From Actinomycetota bacterium (lineage in GTDB: Bacteria; Actinomycetota; UBA4738; HRBIN12): a stretch of 64,000 nucleotides of DNA. The number at the start of each line of letters is the position of its first letter. The first letter of the stretch is position 1. Of this stretch, positions 8,965-18,191 are shown one piece after another. Where the stretch lies: NCBI GenBank assembly GCA_036281075.1, contig DASUPO010000098.1, forward strand, positions 5,082 through 69,081. Reading direction: 5' to 3'. The notes beneath the pieces were generated by a model. The model saw only the letters and a list, made by a program, of their open reading frames with translations, was not told the origin of the DNA and ran no database searches. The position numbers and the translations under genes were made by a program.

Positions 8965-10841
8965 GCGTAGTAGACGGTGATCGTGGATCCGTAGCGGACG
9001 CGCGTGCCGGGAGCGGGGAGCTGGCTCACGATGTTCCCCCCGCTGCTCCCCGGGACCGGGAGCGCCGTGACCTCGAGCCCCGCCCGCCCGGCGAGCGCCT
9101 TCGCGTCGTCCACGCTCATCCCGAGGAAGTCGGGGCTCGGGAAGTGCTCCGGGCCGAGGGAAACCGTGAGGATGACCGTCTCGCCGGGTTGGAGCTCCGT
9201 CCCGGTCCCGGGGTCGGTCGCGATCGCGCGGCCCTTCGGCACCCGATCCGAGAACGTCTCCTCGATCACGACCTCGAAGCCCGCCGCGGCCAACGCGTCC
9301 ACCGCCTTCGCCTCCGCCGTGCCCGCGACGTTCGGCACCGGGACGGGCCGGGGTCCGTCGCTGACGACGAGCGTCACCGACGTGCCCTGCGGGAGGACCG
9401 CCTTCCCGGGCCGGACGGCGATCACGCTGCCCGCCCCGGCCTCGTCGTGGAAGCGGTGCCGTACCTGGCCGATCTCGAGGCCGGCGTCGACGATCGCCGC
9501 TCGCGCCTTGGGCAGGGGCCGACCGACCACCCTCGGCACCCGCACGGGCGGTGGACCTTTCGAGGGCAGGACCGAGATCGTCGTGCCCACCTCACGTTCC
9601 GTGCCGGGTCTCGGGAGGATCCGGAGGACGCGTCCCTCCCGGATCGCCGGGTGGAACTCGCCCTCGAGCAGCCGCACCTCGAACCCCAGGGAAGTCAGCC
9701 GCGCCACGGCGTCGTCGACGGGATCGCCGCGGAGCGCCGGGACCCTCGCGGTGTGGGGGATCGCGTACGTCCACGTGCCCCAGGCCGCCCCAGCGAGGAG
9801 GCACAGCAGGAGGATCGCTCCGACGACGCGCTTCAACAGACGCCGGCGACGTCGCCGGCGTTCCATCCGGGGGATCGCCGCCGTTTCCAGCCGCACGCCG
9901 ACCTCGGTCGTCTGGCCGCCCTCGACGGTGATCGGCGGGATCTCGTCGACCAGGGCGGCGAGCGCGCGGGCGGGCGGGAGCTGGCGCGCGATCACGTCCA
10001 GGTCCATCCGCATCACGTCGGCCGACTCCGGCCGGAGCTCGCGGTCACGGTCGGTCGCCGCGGCCACGAACCCGTCGAGCTCGGCGGGCAGATCGCCGAC
10101 GAGCGACGACGGGGCGGGCACCCGATCGGACAGGTGCTTGTACGCGACCGCCATCGCCGTCTCGCCCGTGAAGGGGAGCTTCCCGGTGAGCAGCTCGTAG
10201 GCCACGATCCCGAGGGAGTACAGGTCGCTGCGAGGATCGGCCGGCTCTCCACGGATCTGTTCGGGCGCGAGGTACTGAACCGTGCCGGTGACGGCGCCCG
10301 CCTGGGTCACGCGACCGTCCGCGTAGGCGCGCGCGAGGCCGAAGTCGGCAACCTTGACGACGCCGTCGTTCGTGACGAGCAGGTTCTCGGGCTTCATGTC
10401 GCGGTGGACGAAGCCCTCGTGATGGGCGTGGCCGAGCGCGAGGAGCGTCTGGCGGAGGACCTCCGTCGCCTGTGCGGGCTCGAGCCGTCCTTGCTCGTTC
10501 AGGAGGTGGCGGACGCTCGGCCCGCGCACATACTCCATCACCATGTAGTAGACGCCGTCGACCGCGCCCCAGTCGTAGACGCCGACGATGTTCGGGTGGG
10601 CGAGGCCGGCGGCGGCACGTGCCTCCCGCCGGAACCGGTCGACGAACTGTGGGTCGCCCGCGAGAGAGCGGTGGAGGACCTTGACCGCGACCTCGCGAGC
10701 CAGGACCGCATCGTGCGCGCGGAAGACCTCGCCCATGCCCCCCGCGGCGATCCGTTCCACCATGTGGTAACGGCCGTCGAGGGTGACGAACGTCTGTCCC
10801 CCGCCGTGCGTGGGCGCCGGCTGCGTGGTACTCCTTGCGAT
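8961..10841 (-). CDS. pknB: Ser/Thr protein kinase with C-terminal PASTA repeats (PknB-like)
   Basis: Hanks kinase motifs are present: GGMGEVF, VAVK, HRDMKPENLL, DFGLA and APE. A TM segment and three or four PASTA repeats follow. The first ATG is at 10763 (MVERIAAGGMGEVF), but the conserved N-terminal L.GRY.. motif lies upstream of it. No ATG, GTG or TTG occurs in any frame for 97 nt upstream. The likely start is the in-frame ATC at 10841..10839, 6 nt after the SD GGGAGGAG. Confidence 0.85.
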   Translation of the reverse strand: MARSTTQPAPTHGGGQTFVTLDGRYHMVERIAAGGMGEVFRAHDAVLAREVAVKVLHRSLAGDPQFVDRFRREARAAAGLAHPNIVGVYDWGAVDGVYYMVMEYVRGPSVRHLLNEQGRLEPAQATEVLRQTLLALGHAHHEGFVHRDMKPENLLVTNDGVVKVADFGLARAYADGRVTQAGAVTGTVQYLAPEQIRGEPADPRSDLYSLGIVAYELLTGKLPFTGETAMAVAYKHLSDRVPAPSSLVGDLPAELDGFVAAATDRDRELRPESADVMRMDLDVIARQLPPARALAALVDEIPPITVEGGQTTEVGVRLETAAIPRMERRRRRRRLLKRVVGAILLLCLLAGAAWGTWTYAIPHTARVPALRGDPVDDAVARLTSLGFEVRLLEGEFHPAIREGRVLRILPRPGTEREVGTTISVLPSKGPPPVRVPRVVGRPLPKARAAIVDAGLEIGQVRHRFHDEAGAGSVIAVRPGKAVLPQGTSVTLVVSDGPRPVPVPNVAGTAEAKAVDALAAAGFEVVIEETFSDRVPKGRAIATDPGTGTELQPGETVILTVSLGPEHFPSPDFLGMSVDDAKALAGRAGLEVTALPVPGSSGGNIVSQLPAPGTRVRYGSTITVYYA

Positions 10842-10921
10842 GGTGCTCTCCTCCCTAGGGAAGCGCCCGAGGCAGGTCGGAGCGCGTCCGGCGCATCGTA
10901 CCGCCGGACCTGGAGCGAACC

Positions 10922-11665
10922 GTGGAAGCTGAGGGAAGTCCGACCGTCGCGTCCTCGGGCGGTCCTGGTGCCCAGCTCGACCGGATCGAGGTGGCCGTCG
11001 ACGCCGGCGACATCGACCTCCGGCGGCTCGGCTTCTGGCGGGTCGTCCGGCTGATCAAGCTCGACGACGAGCTGATCGAGCGCCACGCCGAACAGGTGGG
11101 GAGGATCGACGCGAAGGCGTTCCGCGAGCACTTCCCGATCCTCGTCCCGGTCTGGCTGGGGAACGCGATCCTCGGCCTGCTGATCCTCGTCGGGATCCTC
11201 GCGATCGCGTTCGCCGTCGGCGCCGGACCGATCGCGCTCGACGACCCCGGACCCACCGCCGCCGGGTGGAGCCTGCTGGTCGCGGCGGCCGCGTGGATGG
11301 TCGGGCTCCACTCGTCGGCGCACTGGCTGATCGGTCGGGCGGTCGGGATCCGCTTCCGGACCTACTTCGCCGCGTTCCCGCCGCCGCCGCTGCCGGGCCT
11401 GAAGACCGACTACGCGACCTATCTCCGCGCGGGGCCGACGGCGCGCGCCTGGATGCACGGGAGCGGCGCCGTCGCCACCAAGCTCGCGCCGTTCCTCGCC
11501 CTCGCCTTCGCGCCGGCGGCCGGCGCGCCGGCGTGGACGGTGATCGTCCTGCTGGTGACCGGGGTCGGACAGATCGCCACGGACGTGTTCGTCAGCACGA
11601 AGGCGAGCGACTGGAAGAAGGTGCGACGGGAGCTCGCGGTCGCCCGCGCGCGCGCGGGTGGCTGA
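10922..11665 (+). CDS. integral membrane protein (4–5 predicted TM), function unknown
   Basis: GTG start. The hydrophobic segments are ILGLLILVGILAIAFAV, WSLLVAAAAWMVGL, LAPFLALAFA and WTVIVLLVTGVG. It is divergent from the kinase. Confidence 0.5.
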   Translation: MEAEGSPTVASSGGPGAQLDRIEVAVDAGDIDLRRLGFWRVVRLIKLDDELIERHAEQVGRIDAKAFREHFPILVPVWLGNAILGLLILVGILAIAFAVGAGPIALDDPGPTAAGWSLLVAAAAWMVGLHSSAHWLIGRAVGIRFRTYFAAFPPPPLPGLKTDYATYLRAGPTARAWMHGSGAVATKLAPFLALAFAPAAGAPAWTVIVLLVTGVGQIATDVFVSTKASDWKKVRRELAVARARAGG

Positions 11666-11678
11666 GGTCGGTATCCTT

Positions 11679-11780
11679 GCCGGGACCACTCGGGGAGCTC
11701 GGGCGAGACCGGGCTGAGAGGCGGGGGAACGTCCCCGCGACCCGCACGACCTGATCCGGGCAATGCCGGCGGAGGGAGCG
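11679..11780 (+). promoter_or_regulatory. TPP (thiamine pyrophosphate) riboswitch, THI-box
   Basis: Consensus elements GGGG...GCTGAGA...ACCTGATCCGGGCAATGCCGGCGGAGGGA are all present. The element ends at the thiE start and sequesters the GGAGGGA RBS. Confidence 0.8.
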
Positions 11781-12425
11781 ATGGCGAAGCTGGGAACACG
11801 GGCGCTCGACCTCTACGTGGTGACCACCGGCACGCTCGTCCCGAACCGCGCGCACGGTGAGATCGCCGCCGCGGCGCTGGAGGGCGGCGCGTCGGCGGTG
11901 CAGCTGCGCGCGCCGGAGCTCGCGGATGATCGGCTGCTCCCGCTCGCGACGTCGCTCGCGGCGACGTGCGCGGACGCCGGGGCGACGTTCATCGTCAACG
12001 ATCGGGTGGACGTGGCGATCGGCAGCGGCGCGGCCGGCGTCCACCTCGGCCAGGAGGACGAGCTCTCGGGGGCGAGGACCGACCTGGGGCCGGATCGGAT
12101 CCTCGGCGTCAGCGTGTCGTCGGTCGAGCAGGCGAGGAGCGCGGAACGCGCCGGTGCCGACTACCTCGGCGTGACGGTGTGGAGCACGCCGACGAAGCCG
12201 GAGGCCGTCCCGATGGGGCTGGACGGCCTCCGGGACGTCGCGGCCGCGACGGCGCTGCCGGTGGTCGGGATCGGCGGGATCGATGCGGGCAACGCGCGAG
12301 AGGTACTGGCGGCCGGGGCGAGCGGGGTCGCGGTGATCGGCGCCGTCGCGGCCGCCCCGGACCCCGCCGAGGCGGTGCGCGAGCTGCGGGCGGTCGTCGA
12401 CGGTTTCCCCGAGGACGGGCGATGA
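11781..12425 (+). CDS. thiE: thiamine-phosphate synthase
   Basis: LYVVT...GG...VQLR and IVNDR..VA..GADGVHLGQ.D are ThiE motifs. The upstream ATG at 11763 lies inside the riboswitch core, so the ATG at 11781 (MAKLG) is preferred. Confidence 0.85.
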   Translation: MAKLGTRALDLYVVTTGTLVPNRAHGEIAAAALEGGASAVQLRAPELADDRLLPLATSLAATCADAGATFIVNDRVDVAIGSGAAGVHLGQEDELSGARTDLGPDRILGVSVSSVEQARSAERAGADYLGVTVWSTPTKPEAVPMGLDGLRDVAAATALPVVGIGGIDAGNAREVLAAGASGVAVIGAVAAAPDPAEAVRELRAVVDGFPEDGR

Positions 12426-13486
12426 GCGAGCAACGGACCGGGAAGGCGACCGCGGAGCTGTTCGAGCACCTGATCCTCCGACGGCTCGGGGCGCGCGACG
12501 CGGACGTGCTCGTCGGGCCGAGGCACGGCGTGGACGTCGGCGTGGTCCGGGTGGCCGACGGGACGGCGATGGCGCTCACCGCCGACCCGGTCTTCGTCGT
12601 GCCCGCCTACGGCTGGGAGCGGGCGGCCTGGTTCGCGGTCCACATCCTGGCCTCAGACGCGTCGACGAGCGGCCTCCCGCTGCGCTGGATGTCGGTGGAT
12701 CTGAACCTGCCGCCGTCGATCTCGGACGACGATCTCGGCGCGCTGTGGGACGCGTTCCATCGGACCTGCGAGGACCTCGGGATCGCCGTGGTGACCGGCC
12801 ACACGGCCCGATACGACGGCTGCGAGTGGCCGATGGTGGGAGGCGCGACCTGTATCGCCCTCGGGCCCGAGGACGCCTTCGTGACGCCCACGATGGCCCG
12901 CCCGGGCGACGCGGTCGTCGTCACCAAGGGCGCGGCGATCGAGGCCACGGCGCTGTTCGCGGCGACCTTCCCCGCTCGACTGACGGAGGGGGTCGGCGCG
13001 GACACGGTCGCCGCGGCCGACGCGCTGTTCGGCTCGATGACCGTGGTCCCCGAGGCGGTGATCGCCAGGGACTTCGGCGTCCGGGACGCGGGCGTGACGT
13101 CGATGCACGACGCGACCGAGGGCGGCGTCCTGGGCGGCCTGCTCGAGGTCGCGACCGCCTCGGAGGCCGGGATCCGGGTCGATCGGGACCAGATCCCCGT
13201 CCGATCCGAGGTCCGAGCCGTCTGCGATCACGTGGGGATCGACCCGTACGTCTCGATCAGCGAGGGCACGCTGATCGCCACGGTCATGCCCGACCGCGCG
13301 GAGGACTACGTCCGGGCGGTCGCAGCGGCGGGGATCGACGCGGCCGTCGTCGGCGAGATCCTCCCGCCGGGCGAGGGCCGCACGATCGTCGCGGACGGTC
13401 GGGAGGAGCCGCTCGCGCATCCGGGCTTGGACCCGTTCTGGGCGGCGTTCGGGGCCTGGGCCGCGGAGGCGGCGGCCGGGACCTGA
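12422..13486 (+). CDS. AIR-synthase-related (PurM/HypE/ThiL superfamily) ATP-dependent protein
   Basis: The ATG overlaps the thiE stop (ATGA). The PurM-like N and C domains are present, and SMHDATEGGVLGGLLE resembles the HypE/PurM C-domain motif. Its position after thiE suggests a ThiL-like role, but this is not proven. Confidence 0.65.
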   Translation: MSEQRTGKATAELFEHLILRRLGARDADVLVGPRHGVDVGVVRVADGTAMALTADPVFVVPAYGWERAAWFAVHILASDASTSGLPLRWMSVDLNLPPSISDDDLGALWDAFHRTCEDLGIAVVTGHTARYDGCEWPMVGGATCIALGPEDAFVTPTMARPGDAVVVTKGAAIEATALFAATFPARLTEGVGADTVAAADALFGSMTVVPEAVIARDFGVRDAGVTSMHDATEGGVLGGLLEVATASEAGIRVDRDQIPVRSEVRAVCDHVGIDPYVSISEGTLIATVMPDRAEDYVRAVAAAGIDAAVVGEILPPGEGRTIVADGREEPLAHPGLDPFWAAFGAWAAEAAAGT

Positions 13487-13506
13487 CCCTCGGATACCCT
13501 CGCGCC

Positions 13507-14373
13507 GTGGACCTGATCTGCGTCGGTGACGTGATGCTCGACGTCCGGGTGGACGCGGGGGAGCTGGCGAGGGGCGGCGACGTGCACGGGCGCGTCACGC
13601 TCCGGCCCGGGGGGACGTCGGCGAACGCGGCCGTCTGGGGGGTCGCGACCGGCGCGTCGGCGCGGGTGCACGGGAAGGTCGGCGACGACCTCGTCGGCCG
13701 GCTCCTGCGGAACGAGCTCGAGGGCCGCGGCGTCGAGGCCGCCCTGGCCGGTGACCCGGTGTCGCCCTCGGGCACGATGCTCGTCGTGGTGGAGGCGGGG
13801 GAGCGGTCGATGGTCGCCGACCGGGGGGCGAACGCGCGGCTCGCGCCGAGCGACCTGCCCGCATCGCTCGACGCCGGCGCCGTGCTCGTGTCCGGCTACC
13901 TGCTGCTGCAGTCGGGGGCCGAGGACGCCGGGATCGAGGCCATCCACCGCGCGCGCGCCCCGTGGATCGCCGTCGACGCCGCATCGTGGCCGCTCGTGGA
14001 CGCCGTGGGGCCCGCGGGGTTCCACGAGCGGGCCGCGGGGGCCACGGCCGTCCTCGCGAACGAGCACGAGGCCCGCGCGCTCACCGGCCTGGATCCGGGG
14101 CCGGCCGCCCGAGCCCTGGCGGACCGATACCGCCTCGTCTCCGTGAAACGCGGCGAGGCCGGCGCTCTGCTGATCCTGGACGGCCTCGAGCTCGAAGCGC
14201 GGTCCGAGCCGGCCGTCGAGCGGGATCCGACCGGCGCCGGCGACGCGTTCGACGGCGTCCTCCTGTCCGGCCTCGCGCGGGGGATCGAAGCGGGCGAGGC
14301 GCTCCGTCGGGCGTGCCAGGCCGGCGCGCGCGTCGCGGCGAGCGCCTCCGCATGGCCGGAGCCCGACCGATGA
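13507..14373 (+). CDS. psuK: PfkB-family carbohydrate kinase, probable pseudouridine kinase
   Basis: GTG start. It has the ribokinase fold with the DPTGAGDAF signature. It overlaps psuG (ATGA), the canonical YeiC/YeiN pair. Confidence 0.7.
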   Translation: MDLICVGDVMLDVRVDAGELARGGDVHGRVTLRPGGTSANAAVWGVATGASARVHGKVGDDLVGRLLRNELEGRGVEAALAGDPVSPSGTMLVVVEAGERSMVADRGANARLAPSDLPASLDAGAVLVSGYLLLQSGAEDAGIEAIHRARAPWIAVDAASWPLVDAVGPAGFHERAAGATAVLANEHEARALTGLDPGPAARALADRYRLVSVKRGEAGALLILDGLELEARSEPAVERDPTGAGDAFDGVLLSGLARGIEAGEALRRACQAGARVAASASAWPEPDR

Positions 14374-15287
14374 CCGCGGCGATCCGGATCGGCGAGGAGG
14401 TCGCCGACGGGCTCGCGACCGGGGGGGCCGTCGTGGCGCTCGAGACGAGCGTGATCGGTCAGGGGCTCCCGCACCCGCGCAACGTCGAGTGCCTCGAACG
14501 GATGTCGGCCGCGATCCGGCGGTCGGACGCCGTCCCCGCCTGGGTCGGCGTGCACGACGGGGAGGTGGTCGTCGGCCTGTCGGCCGCGGAGCTCGAGACC
14601 CTCTGCGAGCCGGGTCGAGCCGAGAAGGTCGCGCGGCGCGACCTCCCCGCGGCGTGCACGCGCGGCGGCCTCGGCGCGACCACGGTCTCCGCGACGATCT
14701 GGGCGGCCGCGCGCGTCGGGATCCACGTCGGCGCGACGGGCGGCATCGGCGGGGTCCATCGGGGCGCGAGGCCGGATGTCAGCGGGGACCTCCTTGAGCT
14801 CTCGCGCACGCCGGGGCTGCTCGTCTGCAGCGGCCCGAAGTCGATCGTGGATCCGGTGGCGACCGTGGAACGGCTCGAGGAGCTCGGCGTGAGCCTCGTG
14901 GGGTACGGGGTGGACCGGATGCCGTTCTTCCTCGTGCGGGAGACGGCCGTGACGCTCGAGCATCGCGTCGACTCGCCGGCGGAGGCGGCCCGCCTCGCGG
15001 CGGCCGCACGTGCACTGGACACGGGCTCCACCGTGCTCCTGTGCACCCCGGTGCCCGCGGCGGACGCGATCGTGCCGGAGGACGTGGCGGCTGCGGTCGC
15101 GGCCGCCGAGGAAGCCGTCGAACGCGCCGCCGTCGGCGGACGCGACCGGACACCCGCGCTGCTCGCGGCGCTCGATGAGGCGACCGACGGTCGATCGATC
15201 GAGGCGAACCTTGCGCTACTCGCTTCGAACGCCGCGCTCGCCGGCGAGGTGGCGGCCGCCCTCTCGCGCCAGGACGGGGGCGGGTGA
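14370..15287 (+). CDS. psuG: pseudouridine-5'-phosphate glycosidase (IndA/YeiN family)
   Basis: ALETSVIGQGLPHPRNVE, GGIGGVHRG and DVSGDL..L match PsuG family motifs. Confidence 0.85.
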   Translation: MTAAIRIGEEVADGLATGGAVVALETSVIGQGLPHPRNVECLERMSAAIRRSDAVPAWVGVHDGEVVVGLSAAELETLCEPGRAEKVARRDLPAACTRGGLGATTVSATIWAAARVGIHVGATGGIGGVHRGARPDVSGDLLELSRTPGLLVCSGPKSIVDPVATVERLEELGVSLVGYGVDRMPFFLVRETAVTLEHRVDSPAEAARLAAAARALDTGSTVLLCTPVPAADAIVPEDVAAAVAAAEEAVERAAVGGRDRTPALLAALDEATDGRSIEANLALLASNAALAGEVAAALSRQDGGG

Positions 15288-17147
15288 GGCGATCGCCGTC
15301 TCGGGCTCGACCGCGGGGGGCGATCGCCGCGAGAGCACGAACGCCCCGACCCACCCCGCCATACCGATCGCCACCGCGACGATCACGCCGCCGCCCTGCC
15401 CGAGAGGGAACCCCAGTCGACCGGCGACGAAGCCGCCGAACGCCAGCATCGCGGTGCCGATCGCCGGCGCGATGCAGACGGCGGCGAACGCCGGGAACCC
15501 GGTGAGGAGGATCGCCCAGCCGAGCCCGACGAGGAGCAGCGTCGCGACCGACGTCAACGTGAGTCGGACGAGCTCCCCGGCCGGACCCAGCGTCGGGACC
15601 CCCACGATGGCCGCGGTGCCGGGCCGAGGCCCGGCGATCAGCGCAACGCCCGGCCCCAGGCGCGTGCCGCCCAGTCCCGGTTGGTTCGCGTAGCCGGCGA
15701 GGTACGCGGCGACGGCACCGTCGGGGAACCTCGTCCGGAGACGCTCGAGGAAGCGGGTGCGATCGCCGAGGAAGCTCTTCCGCCACGGCCGCACGTCCAG
15801 ATACCGATCGGGTGGCAGCGTGATCATGAGCGCGTAGACGGGCCGCCACACGGCGGACGTCATCGGGATCACCACGGGCGTGCCCGGGGGCGTCGTCTCC
15901 AGGTAGGCCGCCAGGATCGCCGCTTGTTCCAACTGTTCGGGTCGGAACGCCGTGCGCGGCTCGGAGAACGTGTCGGCTCCCCGGATCGCGAGCCAGGAGG
16001 CGCTCGCGACCACCAGGACCGAGCTCGCGACCGCCCCGACCAGGACCCACGTCCGTCGTTCCGGTCGTGACGACATCGCGTCGGTCCACGAACGGGTGGC
16101 CGAGGCGCCGAGCACGATCAGGAAGGGCACGCCGAGCGCGAACGGCACGATCCGATGCGGGATCGTCATGTCGAAGACCTTCCAGGCGATCAACCCAGCG
16201 GGTGCCGCGAGCGCCCAGAGGGCCAGCGGCGGCAGGACCCCGCGGGTCGGTGGCCGCCGTGAGGTCCACATCACCGCGCCACCGACGGCCGCGAGTGGGA
16301 TCGTCACACCGAGCGCCATCGTCGGGAGACGCGTCGCGATCTTGCCGGCGGCCTTCTGTCTCGAGGAGGGGATCTTGTCGGGACGCTCCGGGGAGGCGAG
16401 GACCAGGAGGAGGCCGAGCAACGCGCCGAGACCGACCCCGAGCGCGAGACGCCGAACGTGCCGCCAGTCCACGCCCGATCGGCGTCGGAGCCACGTCGCC
16501 ACCGCGACGCCGGCGGCGTAGACCACGAGGAGCAGCACGATGAGGATGGCGAACAACCAGTGGGCGATCGCGGCGGCGCCGAGCAGGAGGGCCAACGCGA
16601 CCGTGCCGCGGCCTCCCGACCGGATCCGCACGGCGACCGCGACCGCCGCGACGGCCAGGACGTCGAGGAAGAGGTTCGACGCGTACCCGATCGCGGTAAG
16701 GGCGACGAATGGCGACGCCGCGAGGCCCACGCCGAGCGCCGCACCGACCCACCGCCGTTCCTCCGCGACGCCCGCTCCGAGCGCCGCGGCGGCCAACCCC
16801 ATCGCCACCGCGAAGATCGCCGGCCAGACGCGAGCCAGGTCGAGCCCTTCGCCGCCGGTCACGTCGCGGAGCACGCTCGTCACGATCGGGTGGGCGGGTC
16901 GCTCGCCCAAGCCGGTCAACGCGTTCAGACCATCCTGGGAAACGAGCTGCGAGCGGAACACGTAGCCCGGGGTGTCGACGCCCTGTGGGAGGCGCCGGGG
17001 GTTCTCCAGGTAGGGGCGGAGGTAGACGCCGGCCACGATCGCGACGACGACGAGGATCAGGAACGCCGCCCAGGCCATCGTCCACGCCGCGGGCCGCGCC
17101 GACCCCGGGCCGGTTTCGGCATGACGGCCGACGGACGACGTGTTCAT
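15216..17147 (-). CDS. large polytopic membrane protein, paralog 1 of 4 (putative GT-C-like glycosyltransferase)
   Basis: The ATG at 17147 overlaps the stop of the upstream GT2 gene (ATGA). About 12 TM segments are followed by a roughly 200-aa soluble domain and C-terminal TM helices. It shares the loop motif DTPGYVFRSQLV after TM1 and the C-terminal Gly-rich TM pair with the other three paralogs. Its 3' end overlaps psuG convergently by 72 nt. Confidence 0.7.
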   Translation of the reverse strand: MNTSSVGRHAETGPGSARPAAWTMAWAAFLILVVVAIVAGVYLRPYLENPRRLPQGVDTPGYVFRSQLVSQDGLNALTGLGERPAHPIVTSVLRDVTGGEGLDLARVWPAIFAVAMGLAAAALGAGVAEERRWVGAALGVGLAASPFVALTAIGYASNLFLDVLAVAAVAVAVRIRSGGRGTVALALLLGAAAIAHWLFAILIVLLLVVYAAGVAVATWLRRRSGVDWRHVRRLALGVGLGALLGLLLVLASPERPDKIPSSRQKAAGKIATRLPTMALGVTIPLAAVGGAVMWTSRRPPTRGVLPPLALWALAAPAGLIAWKVFDMTIPHRIVPFALGVPFLIVLGASATRSWTDAMSSRPERRTWVLVGAVASSVLVVASASWLAIRGADTFSEPRTAFRPEQLEQAAILAAYLETTPPGTPVVIPMTSAVWRPVYALMITLPPDRYLDVRPWRKSFLGDRTRFLERLRTRFPDGAVAAYLAGYANQPGLGGTRLGPGVALIAGPRPGTAAIVGVPTLGPAGELVRLTLTSVATLLLVGLGWAILLTGFPAFAAVCIAPAIGTAMLAFGGFVAGRLGFPLGQGGGVIVAVAIGMAGWVGAFVLSRRSPPAVEPETAIASPAPVLAREGGRHLAGERGVRSE

Positions 17148-18187
17148 CGAAGCCAAGTCTGGATGATGACCTTCAAGAAGTTCCAGCCGTAGCGGACGGA
17201 CTTCGGCTTCTTCGATTCCCCTCCGGCCCTCGCGAGGAACGTCACGGGGACCTCCACGACCCGCGCGCGCAGACGGAGCGCCTCGATCAGGATCTCGGTC
17301 GACCAGAACTGGTCCTGCTTGAGCACCACCCGTTCCAGCAGGTCGGCGCGGGCGGCTCGGTATCCGGACGAGGGGTCGGTGATCCGCTGACCGGTGAGGA
17401 TCGTGATGATCCGGGAGAAGACGTGGACGCCGAGGTGCCGGATGAGGCCCTCCCGCTCGAAGGATCCGAGGAGCCGCGAACCGTTCACGTAATCGACCCC
17501 GTCCGCGAGGATCGGCCGGATCACGATCGGGATCTCCTCGGGCAGGTGCTGCCCATCGGCGTCGAGGGTGACGACGAGCCCGGCCCCCAGGCGCAATGCG
17601 ATCTCGTAGCCCACGCGGAGAGCGAGGCCGCCGCCGCGTCGGATCGGGAGCTCGGCGACGTAGGCGCCCGCTTCGCGGGCCACGCTCGCCGTCCCGTCCG
17701 TGGACCCGTCGCTCACCACGACCGGGACGACGTGGTGGCCCTCGATCATCGCCGGGATCTGCTTGATCACAGCCGCGACGTTCTCGGCCTCGTCGAACGC
17801 GGGGGAGATCGTCACCAGCCGGGGACCGTCGGGCAGCCCCTCGGCCCGCTCCCAGTCGAACCGCTCCTGGCCCAGCGCCTCCACGAGGAGACGGATGCTG
17901 CGCTCGTTCGTGTCCGCGGTGGTCTGTGCGCGCAGGTAGAGGAAGAACAGCACGCCCACCGACACGAGGAGGGCGAAGATCACACCGTCGGTCCCCCGCT
18001 CGAAATCGAACACTCGGAGCACCGGGTCGAACAGCGGAGGGTAGATCGCGAGCGCGACGACCGACGCGCACAGGACGAACAGGATGATCAGGTTCAGCCT
18101 GCTGATCTGGCGACGGCGGTGCCCCCGGACCGCCAGGACGAACAGGCCGAGCGCGCCCAGCCCCGCGAGGATCCGGATCGCGGACAT
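17144..18187 (-). CDS. membrane-anchored GT2 glycosyltransferase of the polyprenol-phosphate sugar synthase type (Dpm1/GtrB/CsbB-like) with an N-terminal multi-TM extension
   Basis: VVSDGSTDGT, TLDADGQH and SSGYRAARADLL are GT2 DxD/SGF-R motifs. The N-terminal 90 aa contains three hydrophobic helices. Confidence 0.8.
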   Translation of the reverse strand: MSAIRILAGLGALGLFVLAVRGHRRRQISRLNLIILFVLCASVVALAIYPPLFDPVLRVFDFERGTDGVIFALLVSVGVLFFLYLRAQTTADTNERSIRLLVEALGQERFDWERAEGLPDGPRLVTISPAFDEAENVAAVIKQIPAMIEGHHVVPVVVSDGSTDGTASVAREAGAYVAELPIRRGGGLALRVGYEIALRLGAGLVVTLDADGQHLPEEIPIVIRPILADGVDYVNGSRLLGSFEREGLIRHLGVHVFSRIITILTGQRITDPSSGYRAARADLLERVVLKQDQFWSTEILIEALRLRARVVEVPVTFLARAGGESKKPKSVRYGWNFLKVIIQTWLR

Positions 18188-18191
18188 CGCG

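Noticed and set aside
11763-11780. Upstream ATG (11763) as the thiE start
   Set aside because: This ATG lies inside the conserved 3' half of the TPP riboswitch (AATGCCGGCGGAGGGA). The downstream ATG at 11781, with GGAGGGA as its RBS, is more plausible.
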